Positions 1 to 12,564 of a DNA stretch of 64,000 nucleotides are shown here, in pieces (within the stretch, counting starts at the first letter, position 1; every line of letters starts with the position of its first letter). Source of the DNA: Schmidtea nova (Eukaryota); the NCBI GenBank assembly GCA_044892505.1, contig CM097882.1, positions 2,170,001 to 2,234,000 on the forward strand. Direction: 5' to 3'. The notes beneath the pieces were generated by a model, which saw only the letters and a program-made list of their open reading frames with translations, did no database searches and had not been told where the DNA came from. Both the position numbers and the translations under genes were made by a program.

Positions 1-270
1 AATAAAAGTATTTATGACAAGTGGAAAAAGCATCAAACTATTTTGAAACGAAAAAGACTCAGTAAAAAGATTGCGTTTTTGAAGAAGAAATTTCATGTAT
101 TTGGTAGAGGCTACGGTAGAAATGGCATAAAGAAACCTTATGGAATAAGACACATTCGAAAACTGGGGAAATATATTCATCAGAAGGTGCACGGTCCATA
201 TGGCCATGTCAAAGACATAAACAAGTACGGGCCCACCAATCATGATGCTCACAAGAAACGTTATTATTAG
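1..270 (+). CDS. 3' part of secreted acidic/basic protein gene (copy 0; 5' end outside window)
   Basis: Open frame from base 1 (NKSIYDKWKKH...KKRYY-TAG); matches 16483-16752. Confidence 0.8.
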   Translation, partial: NKSIYDKWKKHQTILKRKRLSKKIAFLKKKFHVFGRGYGRNGIKKPYGIRHIRKLGKYIHQKVHGPYGHVKDINKYGPTNHDAHKKRYY

Positions 271-467
271 CTTAATACATTTTTCAGTTGATTTTTTTCA
301 TTTGATTTCATTAAATTTACTGACTATTTGAACTTTTATAAATTATTTTATATAAATTATATCAATTAATTTATATTTATTAAATTATATTTTATTGTCT
401 TAGTCGTATGTAAAAATACGTCAAGTAGAGTTAAAATCCTTTTATATTCGTTTTTGTTCATTTAGAT

Positions 468-572
468 CAGGGGTGTCCATCTTTTCAGATTCCCTGTGCC
501 TCATTAAAAAAAACGAGTTATATTGTGCCACATAAAATATACTAACCGTAAAGATAGCTGATGAACAAAAAA
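468..572 (+). mobile_element. hAT (Charlie3/MER30-like) terminal fragment
   Basis: CAGGGGTGTCCA...GCCACATAAAATATACTAAC...GATAGCTGATGA resembles the MER30 5' end as recalled; preceded by ATTTAGAT (NTCTAGAN-like target); no right end found. Confidence 0.65.
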
Positions 573-849
573 CATAGAATATATATATTTAGTTAACAAT
601 TTTAATTGATTTAAACTTCATTAATTATTGAAATCTTTTTATAATAAATAAAAATATACCATTTTTTAAAATATATTATAGAAATATATTTCGACAGCTC
701 AGCTGTCATGATTAGTCTTTACACAATTTCCATTTCAATAAAAATTGATCTTCTTTATACGTTTATTAGTTATTACATAATCACATGTGCACAATCCATT
801 GAAACTTTTATTAACCCTAGTAAAATTAATTAAAAAATCTCAAAATACA

Positions 850-1130
850 TGTAAATATTGAATTTGTATGTTTACTTTAGGATTAAAGGATATTATGATC
901 AAAGCCTCACAATTCACACTTTCAAAATATTTTTTAAACCCTAGACACATATTTTGAAATTGAATATATCAATGTTTTTCTTGCATGTCTTATTATGCTA
1001 AATAATATTACTCTTTCCACTATTTCTGTCATGCTCTTGAACCCATGTACAGAGATGACAAGCAGTCTCTCCAATGTATGTGGCATTACTCCCATTACAA
1101 GGAAAATGATATATGAGATCTGAAATTAAT
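850..1130 (-). pseudogene. Penelope-like element GIY-YIG endonuclease remnant
   Basis: Minus strand reads LIYHFPCNGSNATYIGETACHLCTWVQEH, later EALIIISFNPK; stops and frameshifts; ends approximate. Confidence 0.7.
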
Positions 1131-1628
1131 ATTTATTTGAAAGTTTTTAGGTTGTCTGTCATTGTACGTCACTCATGGCACTTTGCCTTTGCCACTCCTG
1201 CCTCTGGAATTTTCCATTTTCTCTCTACAACTCCAATGTTTCCTTTGACACTTCAACACTTGGGACAACTTGCTTTTTTTTCCATTTTTGCTTCTGACAT
1301 TTCCCAAATTTGTTAGAGCTCCCACGTTATCATTGACAGCTGTCAAGATACCGCTTTTGTTTTCGTGTTTTGTTTTTGTTTTCCAATTTTGAAATTAATT
1401 TCTGTTTTCTTGCACTTATTAATTATAATTGACCTTTCTCCAGTTTGTGGTTGAGTTTCTTTTCTTTTGTTATTCCTTCCTCATTTCAACTTTTATCCTT
1501 TTCTTTTTTTCTTCTCCGAACTCCAGGATGCTATGTCAATTACCAAGATATTCAAATTGTCTAATATATTATTTGTTTTTTAGGTATCCTCAGCAGTACC
1601 ATAGAAGGGTCTGAATTTTATGGTAATC

Positions 1629-1692
1629 AGTAGGTAGATGTGTGGAGCCGGGAACAAATACATTGCGTGGGTGGCGTGGGTGTGAAAAAAGG
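1629..1692 (+). mobile_element. Truncated Polinton-type left terminus (AGTAGGTAGATGTGTGGAGCC family)
   Basis: Matches the left TIR of the element at 43247 for ~64 bp, then diverges. Confidence 0.65.
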
Positions 1693-1920
1693 CAAACAAT
1701 TTGAACACATCAGAAACTGTATATTATTTGAATTTATTGTTTAGTTTTTCATGGTTTCATAATAAATCCTAATTGTGACTTTAAAAAGCTATATTTTAGA
1801 ATAATAAAAACTGTATACCTACTTTTGGACCAGCCTGTATTTTGAATAATAATTTTTTATTAACGCAAACAAAGAATCAGATTTCTAGTACAACTTTAAT
1901 GTAAATTCCTGTACCCTTTC

Positions 1921-3190
1921 AGTAGGTAGATGTGTGGAGCCGAAAACAGAGACCTTATCACTCATTGCGTGGTCGGGAAAAAAGAACAAAGACATATTCC
2001 CTCCTCCCCCACCGGAGGAGGGGGTAGGAATTTTTTTCATGACTCATCGATGACTCATTATCTTTTGTGAAAAATTTTCTATCTTTTTAAAATTTTTTAA
2101 AAATTTTCTTTATTCTTTTTTTAACTTTTTTAAACTTTTTTTTGAAAAATTTACTCTTTTTTTATAATTTTTTTAATCTTTTTTTAGAATATTTTATTTT
2201 CGAAATATTTTCGATCTTTTTTAAAAATTTTTTTAATCTATTATTTTCGAAAAATTTTCTGTTTTTAAAATTTTTTTTATTTTACCAAACGATGACTCAT
2301 CAAAAATTTTATGACTGATCGAAAAATAATCAATTTTTCCCAACTTCTTCAATTTTCATTATTTTGAAACTTTTTTTGGTTTTTATGACTCATCGATGAC
2401 TCAGCTATTTTTGAGAAGTTATTTTTTAAAATTTTTTACAAATTAAAAAATATTTAAATTGATGACTCATACTTATGTCTCATCGATGACTCACCCAATG
2501 ATGCATTGATGACTCATTTCAAATTTGAATTTTATCACGTCATCAATGACGCATTTCAAATTAAAATTTTTAAAAATTTTAAAAGTACAAGTATCAAAGT
2601 CAAATTTGGTATCGTTCTCAAGGCATTTGCCAGACGCACATAGTTGTATTAATTTTGAAGGTGTCTGATCAAAAAATAAAATTTTGAAAAAAAGAGAAAA
2701 AAACTTAAAGTACCAAGGTTAAAATTGGTATCATTCTCAAGGCATTTGCCAAACGCACAATGTGGTATTATTTTTGAAGTTGTCTGATCGAAAAATAAAA
2801 TTTTGTACCAAAAATTAAAAATTTTAAAAGTTTCAAGTACCAAGGTCAAATTTGGTATCATTCTAACCACCTTCGCTATTTGAACACGATGCTATATAAT
2901 TTCATACCCTTTTTTAAACAACGACATAGTTAACAAAGACATTTCAATGCCAAAAATACTTTAACAAAGACATTTCAATGCCAAAAAACTTAACAAAGAT
3001 ATTTCATTGGTTAAATAATTAAACACAGACATTTCAATACCAAAATAACTAAACAAAGACATTTCAATATTCGTGCATTGTAAGCAATCATGATTAACAA
3101 ACACATTGCAATACATATGCAAGTTAACAAAGACATTACAATGCAGTTGCAAGCCAAATTAACAAATACATACATGCAAGATTAATTTTG
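1921..3190 (+). mobile_element. Polinton-derived non-autonomous fragment, right TIR missing
   Basis: AGTAGGTAGATGTGTGGAGCC start, ATGACTCAT clusters, body homologous to 43247-43990, then degenerate TTAACAAAGACATTTCAAT repeats (2910-3170); right boundary approximate. Confidence 0.55.
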
Positions 3191-3239
3191 TTGTTTCTTT
3201 TTTCTTGATTTCTCTTCCTTTTTATTGGATGTTAATCTG

Positions 3240-3380
3240 CGTATTCCGACGATCCGCCAACACGACAATCCAGCAAGTACGACAATTCGCCAAACGACAA
3301 TCCGCCAAATGACAAACCGCCAACAGACAATCTGCCAACATGACAATCCGCCAACACTAAAAAATTGGCCAACGCTGACA
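3240..3380. repeat. ACGACAATCCGCCAA-type short repeat cluster, probable MULE subterminal repeats
   Basis: Several degenerate GACAATC(C/T)GCCAA units beside the transposase 3' end. Confidence 0.5.
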
Positions 3381-3736
3381 TTTCTAAAAGAAAATATTTG
3401 TAGGTCATCATATTAAAATTAATTCACATGTACGTGTTTAAAAGTTACTTTTTGTCCTTTGTAGTACCGTAAGATTTGAAAACAGTTAACTACGCTAGAA
3501 AACTCAAGTCCTTTGTTGTGTATAGCTCAATGGAAAAATTTATCTAATCAATTTTTGAAGAAAAAGATGATCAAAAAACCCAACAGAATTTGTTTTTATT
3601 AAAATTATTTATTTTATCCTTTAACATTTTTAAACACAAATTACTGAAATGAAAAACAAAAAACTGTTTGTAAATATATTGACAAATTGTTAAAATCACG
3701 TTGCATGGATTATTACGATATAGTTCATCTAATAAC

Positions 3737-5080
3737 TTATTCTGACAAATGCATAAATCCAAAAACTTCCTGAACATAGGCAAGTTTGTCACCCCATTGA
3801 AAATAGTTTTGACACAAATGAATGACGTTTTCATTGGTCCATATGTACTGAGTGCTTTGCTTTTTCTTGTATTTTCCAACATGTATTTCATGAAGTTTTA
3901 ATCGCTCAGTTTGTTCCAAAACTTGCAGTTTAGTCAAAAATTTCCACATTGTTGGATTCGATTGGCCCATCATGACTCTGAAACCATTGTGACAACCCTC
4001 TAAAGAATTGTTGGTTCGTGGAAGTTGCGACAATGTTCTGTCATACATATTCCACTTTTCGATTGGAAAGTTTGGTGCAGTTCTTCTATTTCCACTTCTC
4101 AGGCGACCAATGTAAAAGTCTTCAAAATAATCTGTAATTTTTCGGTAGTTTTCATCGATGTCAAAGGTAATTTACTCAAATGTTTCAACAACATCATCAA
4201 TTGGTATGAAGGCAAGAGCACACAACGACTTGATTAACTTTCGAAATGATTTTTTTTCGACGTATTCTGTTGCCAAACCTTTAGCTTGAACATTTCTCCA
4301 CATCGATTGACACAGATGAAAGAAACAAAAAGACAGTTCGGTGTCTGGCAGGGCTTTTTCAATGGCATTAGACAGTCCAAGCTCAAAATCCACCATAAAA
4401 GATTTTGGTGAAAAATTAAGATTGGGTTGATCAGGCAAACAGTTTTTCACCAAAGTCATTAGACGATCATATGTACATCCCTTCTTGTTTGGGAGAAGCA
4501 CATATAGCAGAGACATGGAGACGTCCATTACAATTGTGAGTAATTGGAAGTAGAGAGAAGGGGCAACATTGAAAGTTCCATCAGCAAACAGGTGTAGAGC
4601 AGTAAACATTTGAATAAAAAATGCTTGGGTTGCAAATCTAACAATTCTCTGTGGATCTTCTTTTCCCGTATCAAATGCAATCCAGTTTGTGTCATCATTG
4701 TTCTTCAGAAACCGTTCTGGAACATCAAAGTCACGTGTCTTAGGAGGATTGTTGTTGATAGGGTCACGATGCCGTTGAATATTTCTGGCAATTGAGGAGG
4801 ATTTTGGCACTTGAGACAGACTTTCTTCGTCAAGAGTCCACAATTCACTATAAAGCTCTTTCGTAGATTTTTCAGATATTTGTGCTTTTTGTTTGATTTG
4901 ACTCCTCAGTTTTTTAACACTTATAATTGGTGGTTCTGGTGGATGAGAATGATGACTACTTTCTACAAATTCTCCAGATGTAGTTACTAGTAGTCAACCA
5001 GTAGTAGTCTTATACCTTTCTTGTATAAGAAAGTTGACATTTGTGATAAAAAATGGATCTGCTCTTGTTAATGTTGTCAC
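3737..5080 (-). pseudogene. Mutator-like (MULE) DDE transposase, frameshifted, with FLYWCH-like N-terminal remnant
   Basis: FADGTF, DFELGL, CFFHLCQSMW and RTNNSLEG motifs; split over ORFs 4172-4843 and 3737-4048. Confidence 0.85.
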
Positions 5081-7003
5081 AATAAAAAATTTCCGAGTTC
5101 CAGATTGGCATCAGTTTTCCCATGTCCGAAATCAGGGTATCTAAACCTGCAACTTCATAAAGAGATGCTGGAACATTCAGCTTAAAGCTAGTTTTTACGA
5201 CATCTGGTTTTGGTGCCAAATTGGAATTTCAGATTATAGATCAATATTTCTATTTATTTAACTAAATACAAAATCCTTCCTTGCTTATTATTAAAGTACT
5301 TAAAATAAGCGGGAAAAATTTTGTGTGAGACATTTGTGATTCAATCACAATTCCCTATAAAGAACAATCAATCAGCTATAAATTTATTGAACTTAGTTAA
5401 TTAAATCATAACTATTACATCATTATTGGTTTCCTATATAACTTGTGACACAAATTATGATGACAGACTCATGATAAATATAATTTCCTTGAAACATATT
5501 TTAGTTGTTCGGCTTTTTTGTGTTTTTATTAAAAATGCGCCATCTGTGGGACACGGAATTTCGGTACTCTATTCTGCGTTTGACTGATTTAGGTACAAAA
5601 TTAAATTGAAATAAAACACCAGTAAAATATCTATTATTGAGATTAACTGCTTCTTTTTCTTTATAACTCTCCAAAAACTTCTTGTTTTGCGTTGGCCTTT
5701 AATAGGTTCAGCTTGCATTTCTTTTGTTAAATTAATCTTCTTAAGTGCATTACATTATTCAAATTGCAAATCCTGCAATGCGTTATGTTATAAAAACAAC
5801 TGCCATTTTTTGTAAATATTTAAATATTTTTAATTTAATATATATATANNNNNNNNNNNNNNNNNNNNNNNNNNNNNNNNNNNNNNNNNNNNNNNNNNNN
5901 NNNNNNNNNNNNNNNNNNNNNNNNNNNNNNNNNNNNNNNNNNNNNNNNNNNNNNNNNNNNNNNNNNNNNNNNNNNNNNNNNNNNNNNNNNNNNNNNATAT
6001 CTTAGTTTAATTAATAATAGTAATACTTAAATATGATATATTAAATGTGAGACTAAATATAATATTTCAATTATTTATTAATAATAATGAATTTTGGGGT
6101 TTTTTGGTACAGGGGCAAAAATAAAAGTAATTGATAAAAGTTTGATACAATAGTTTGAAATTCGTAGTTAAGAGAAATCTAATGTTAAATTAAAATGTGT
6201 AAATATTTGTGTAAAATATTTGGAAAAATTAGCATAGAAGTTCAAACTATTGAAATACCGGAAAGGAAAGTTGCCGAATTCATTGTAGGTAGAGATGTCA
6301 AGGTTCACCGAATCTTAAATTGATGATCTTAAAAAAATGAAAAAATATTCAGCAAGAAGTAGGAAGTCAATTGGAAAAAAATTCGTATTAGAGTGATCAA
6401 TATTTTTTTAAGATCGAAATATTTCATTAAATAAACATTGCGGAGAAAGGATTAACACGTTTATCGTATTATTATATTTTGATAAAGCAATACAAACAAA
6501 AAAGAAAATGGCAGATATTTTGGACCTGTAGAAGTTGTTAAACAAATACATGAAAAAAGGTATGAAATAAAGCTTGATAATGAAACCCGATTGATAAAAA
6601 ACGAGTGGTTAAAGTAATTTAAACGAGGGGTGTGTGAAAATGTAATTTAATTAATTAATTTAATAACCGAATAAATAACAACTTAATGAATTAACTAAAT
6701 GAATTAAAGTTGTGGATTGATGTGGTATGCAAATACCTTATGCTTACATTAATATCGTTGAATAAAAATCTTCATGGAGATTTGTTTGAATATTGCAAAC
6801 AAATTGTGTTGTTTTTGAATTTAATAAATATCTTCTGTTGTTATCAAATGTACGTTATTGATACTAAAAGTATTTTATCTAACAATCATCAATTTTCGGC
6901 ACTGCTTTTTTCATACAAAAAGTTTCTCTGAAAATTCATGATTCATAATTCATGAAAATAAAATAAATTGCAAATAAAAATAAATGCTTACATTCTATTT
7001 CAG

Positions 7004-7341
7004 GCAAATTCAAGTGTAGACTAAGCAAATTTCCTCAGCCTGCAAAATATTACAAATCATGCGACCCATTTCAACTTTCTGAATCATGTGCAAAATTTAA
7101 TCTGTTTCGGAACAAAAAGGTTCGAGGATGGTGGCCATTAATTTACAATCCAAAGGATGAAGATTCAGATGAAGAGGACGGCGAAGAAATAGGGGTAAAC
7201 TTAAGAAAAGTAATATAAATGTAATCATTATTTTTAAAAGGGTTGCGTAGAATTGGAAATGGAATTAGTTACTGCAGAAGAAGCTGAATCGAATCCTGTG
7301 GGTCTTGGAAGATCCGAGCCGATGCCCCTTGAAGCACCAAC
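7004..7341 (+). pseudogene. Isolated two-exon fragment of a ferlin-family gene (last C2 domain region); exons 7004-7194 and 7241-7341
   Basis: NLFRNKKVRGWWPL and [33 protein letters not shown] match the recalled ferlin pattern (GWWP; EAEKNPVGLARNEP); AG/GT sites, 46-nt intron; no adjoining exons found. Confidence 0.8.
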
Positions 7342-9611
7342 GTAAGTAATTTACTATTAAATTTCTATTTTTGAATTGAAATATAAAAAAACTTACTATC
7401 AGAGGAAATGAAAATTTGCATTAGAAATTGCAAATATCTTTAGCGGATTTTGTGTCTAATTTTGTACTGAATTTGGTGAATAAATATCTAACAATAATTA
7501 AAAATAAATTGGAAAAATCTCCGAATCACACATAAATGGCCGAATTCGACGGTCCTAATTTTTTCAGTTACATTTAAAAAATCAGGTATAAATAAATTAT
7601 TAAAATAAAATTTTCATATTGAATGGAAAGCTCTTTGATTAGCATGTCCATTTTCAATTGTAGAGATCAGTGGCGTTTTATGAAATTTGGGCTCCTGCAC
7701 TAAGGATTACAAGGTAACTTAAAAATGTTTTCAGGTTTTTTATTTAGAAAAATACATAATTTAGTATAGACAAATAAATATTTCCTCTCTAATGGCTTGT
7801 GCCAGGATTTCTAGTTGTTTAATCATAAATCGTCGAAGGCTTTTCGAATTTTTATATTATCCGTCAGACTTGTACTTGTTTGCAACATATCTCTCTAGTT
7901 TGGCATAATAATTCCCTGTCACTTTTCGGGATTTCTTTGTTTCTTGCTTTGACTTAGAAAGACAATCATCTTTCATTTTCTGAAGATCTTTAAAAACTAA
8001 AGTTTTAGTAGCTCCTAAAAATGTTAATTGCTCTTCATTTCAATGTTTGAAATCATTTCCGAATACACGGACATCGCGAATTTAATTGTTTTCTCATTTT
8101 CCGTTTTAGCGAATGATGAATTAATAGACATTTGGTCCTCTTTGTGAATGTATTTCGTTAGGTTTTCAGCTAATTCTTTAAGCGCATTTCAGCAATCTTC
8201 TTTATATGAGCAATCAATTCCTTTTTCGTGTTGTAATAACTTTTCACGAAATGATAGACTGTAAATGATACATTCATTAAACTCCAATGGTTGATGATAC
8301 GACATCGATATATATTTATATTAACCAATTTATTTGAGGACTTAATCTTTACACTTCAAAATTTCAAAACAAAATTATAACTCTAATCAATTTATTATAT
8401 TTTCAAAAATTTCACAATCGAAAACTCTTTTAAATCACAAATTTAAAATACATAATTTAGTATAGATAGATAAAGATAATAAGGAATAAAAATATAATAA
8501 AATCCAAATATTAAACGTAAAAAGAATAAAATAAAAACAGCTCTTTAATAACATAAATTAAGATATTAAAAATATCAATTGTTTAAGTTTATACATAATA
8601 AAAACAAAACTTAATAAATAATAGAAACTTTACTTTTTTTCTACATATTAATTTAAATAAAAATAATTTATTATTATATCCATGGGCGCCCATTTACTTT
8701 TTTACTCGTCACAACGTTTGGATTTGAAAATATTTCATTTGACTTCTTTTTTGATTTTGAATTGAAAATAGTGAGTTCTTCTTGGACCATGTAGGATTTT
8801 TTGAAAAAGTAACAAAAAAGGAAAGTTTATTTGATTATTTAAAACAAAAAGGAAAAAATGTTTATTTAATATCATATTAATTACTAATTTAATTACTAAA
8901 TTAATGTCATAATTAAATCCGAGGCACTACACCTTGCGTCTTGTAAAGACTTAGTTATCATAAATCAACCAAACTTCCTCAATATTAACTTCTAGTTTTT
9001 GAAATGATGCTGAATTTGAATTGCAAAATTGGTAAAATAAAATTGCGAAATATTTTACATTTTTAAATTAATTTGACGCTCAGTGTAATTTATTTTTAGC
9101 CGGCCAGATGGATCATTTCTCAGTTTTCTCAATCCGTGCAACACGATCAAATATTTCATAAAATATCGACTAAAATGGCTGCTGATAAAAATCTTTGTCA
9201 TTTTCATGGCGTTATTGATAATTGCACTGTTCATTTACAATTTTCCCGGAAGTATTTCCAATGCAATTGTGACAAAGATGTTTGCGTAGCATTTTTTTGG
9301 TTAGGTCGCAATTCATTATTCGCGTAGCATTTAATCTAATTGGTTTTGGCTGGCGTTTAATCCACTATTTTATCGTATTTAGTAATTAAAATCTAATTGG
9401 TAATGTTAACACGTTGATCGCCAAACCTAACATGAGCTAAAATCGCCGTACGAGCCAAAGTAAACTTATTGACTATTTTGATCAAATTTATAATAATATA
9501 TTATTGATTAATATTACAATGTTTTCGTTAGTGAGCACAATTTTAAAGGATAGTACGAATTTACATAGATAGTCTGACGTGGCACAGGCAAAAGCATCAG
9601 GTGTCAGATAT

Positions 9612-10033
9612 CAGGGCCGGATTAACCCATTCTGGGTCCCTAGACATCTTCTTCTTATTGGGTCCCCTCCCTCTCCCAAAAAAATATAAAATAATAGATG
9701 AAACAAAATAAAATAATGTGAAAAACTAAAACAAATCTTAAATTTTTAATTATAAAAAATATTTAATATACAACAATAAATTTGAAATTTTCTAGAAAAG
9801 ATTGAACAGTTTATTTATAAATTTTAAAAAATTGAAATTTTTTTTAAATGTCTAACAAAAGTAAATATATAAATAATAATAAACTTTATTTAAAAATTCG
9901 GTTTTCTAGTCCTTAATTCATCATAATTAATATTATCCAATTTGGAGAATGATAGACTCTATGAAAACCTATCTTTTCAAAATAGACAGTTTGACGGGGC
10001 CCAGGCATTTGTCTATGTTATGACCCGGCCCTG
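9612..10033. mobile_element. hAT-type MITE
   Basis: TIRs CAGGGCCGGATTAAC / GTTATGACCCGGCCCTG; flanks TCAGATAT / GCAGATAC (6 of 8 match). Confidence 0.75.
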
Positions 10034-10133
10034 GCAGATACATATGACGGAAAAACGTATATAACGCGGCGATAAACGTGCTATAAAATAAAATTAAATA
10101 ATGTTAAAAAATAAAAAACTTAAATTTTTATTA

Positions 10134-10224
<91 letters not shown>

Positions 10225-10301
10225 TAATCATAATCATAATTATCTTATTGTTTGACCTTTGATCTTTTTAAATATTAAAATCAATAATTCCAATAATGGT
10301 A

Positions 10302-10439
10302 AGACTATAGATCAAAATTTCTTTAAATAAGTACACAATATTTCGGCACAGCCTTTATCAAGTGTGTATTAATACACACTTGATAAAGGCTGTGCCGAAA
10401 TATTGTGTACTTATTTAAAGAAATTTTGATCTATAGTCT
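10302..10439. repeat. 138-bp perfect loopless palindrome; each arm holds a minimal hammerhead-like motif
   Basis: 69-bp arms centred at 10370/10371; + strand ACAC-TTGATAA-A-GGC-TGT-GCC-GAAA-TAT-T-GTGT at 10376-10408; flanked by (TA)n. Confidence 0.85.
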
Positions 10440-10459
10440 CACTATTACGGGAATTATTG

Positions 10460-10548
<89 letters not shown>

Positions 10549-11425
10549 CATTAGTTTAATTACTCAATACCGAAAATGGGAAATAGAATCAAGTGACTTG
10601 TGATAATAGTAGAAATAACAGCGAAATATCTAAACACGATAAAACCTAAATGATATTATTAAAATTACAAAAATATAGTCTCAATTGAAAGGCTTGAAAG
10701 GTTCCTCGGATTTGGGAAAGATATAAAAATACAAACTAAACTGTTTGTAAAACATTTTCGTCTATCATTTGATTTCATGTCACCAACACAATCTTTATCA
10801 TTAGCTTTTAATTCACTGTTGAGACAAAACTGCCATGCAGAACTTTTGACACTCTTAAAATTAATTTTTTAGATAAAAAATATTTATTCAAAAAATAAAT
10901 TTTAAAATTAGGAAAAATTTCATTATAAATTTTAATTTCAGTCGACCAGACGGATCATTCCTCAGTTTCCTGAATCCATTAAACACGATTAAATACTTTA
11001 TCAAATATCGGTTGAAATGGATTTTGATCAAGATTTTCGTGATTTTTATGGCTGTTTTAATTATTGCACTTTTCATTTACAATTTCCCCGGAAGTATTTC
11101 CAATTCAATTGTTACAAAAATGTTTGGATAGATATTTTTATGGAGCTTGATTTCTCCCCTCATAATGAGATGAATTATTGTCCGTTTCTGGTGACTTTCC
11201 CATTTTATAACGAATTATATAAATATTCTTCTTTATAGCTAAATGAATTTCAAATAATAATAATAATTAATATAATTTTATATATTATAATTTTACTATA
11301 TATTTCGACAGACATCCTGTCATCTTTAGGTAAAAGTCATATAGAAAATACTGTTATTTCAATTTAGACAAACAAATTATAAAATATTATTAAATCAATT
11401 TTAAATATTATTTTAATCTTTTATA

Positions 11426-12527
11426 CTGCGGCCTTCCGAAAGTCTCAGTCAGTCAGTTATTTACATATTGCAGTTTACGATGAACGTCTACAGTGTAAAT
11501 ATGAACAACAATGGAAACAAAGGTCACAAACACCTTCAACATGTTACATGCTGCATGCACAGACGCAATCCCACACACACATATATATTGTGACTATTCA
11601 CACCAGACACACAACAGTGATAACAATGAGTCATGTTAATGAAGGATTGTCATTTTCTTAGAATATGGTTACTCGGAGAGAGCTTACAGACTTTCAGAAA
11701 GGCATTATTTACGGATGTTACCTTTGTGGAAAAAGTCAAAGTGAAAATGCTGCATTGATTGGCCATCCCAAAGGAACTATTAACTACTTCCTGAAGCAAA
11801 GAGCAGACACCGCCAGGAGCAGACACATATTAACAAGCAACGTTCAGGCTGCTCTAAACTCTTTTCAAATCTGATGGACAGCAATTCTGCTGGAGTCGTG
11901 TCGGAGAACGATTTCACCCTAACTGCATTCAGCCAACTGTGAAAAATGGAGGATGCTCCTTCATGTTTTGAAGTATTTTCTCAGCTCGTGGAACTGACTC
12001 TCTAGTGAAGTGCAGTAATCACATGACGTCAGTGGAATACCATGCCATTCTGGAAAATGAGCTTGTTCCCTTTCTCCCACAAATTGTGAGGATCATTTTC
12101 CAACAGGATAATGCACCAATCCATACTTCGCACATTATGAAGAAATTCTTTTTGCAGCACAACATTAACGTTTTGGATTGTGTTCCACAAAGCCGTGATC
12201 TGAATCTTTTTGATTTTATGTGGGACGTCATTGGTACACGGGTTCGCAAAAAGATTCCCATTGCCAATAACGCTTCGGAATTGGAAACGCATCTGCATGA
12301 GGAATGGTCACACATCTCCCCTGATTTTTATGCAAAATTGGTCGAAACAATACCTAACGAGTGCGCCTTGTAATCCAGATGAAAGGTAATATAACGAAGT
12401 ACTAACTCTCTCAGCGCTACAGACATTCTCTATTCGTGTGTGTTTGTGACATTTGTTCCCATTGCTGTTCATTATAAACTCCAATATGTAAATAACTGTC
12501 TGACTGGAGACTTTTGATAGGCCGGGG
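11426..12527 (+). mobile_element. Tc1/mariner element, internally deleted transposase pseudogene
   Basis: ~50-bp imperfect TIRs with TA on both sides; N-terminal RELTDFQKGII and QQDNAPIH motifs. Confidence 0.85.
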
Positions 12528-12564
12528 TACATTAAAAAATCAATCTAAAAATTATTTTTATTAA

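Noticed and set aside
8680-8695. ATGGGCGCCCAT palindrome as a hAT end
   Set aside because: No matching terminus or TSD found
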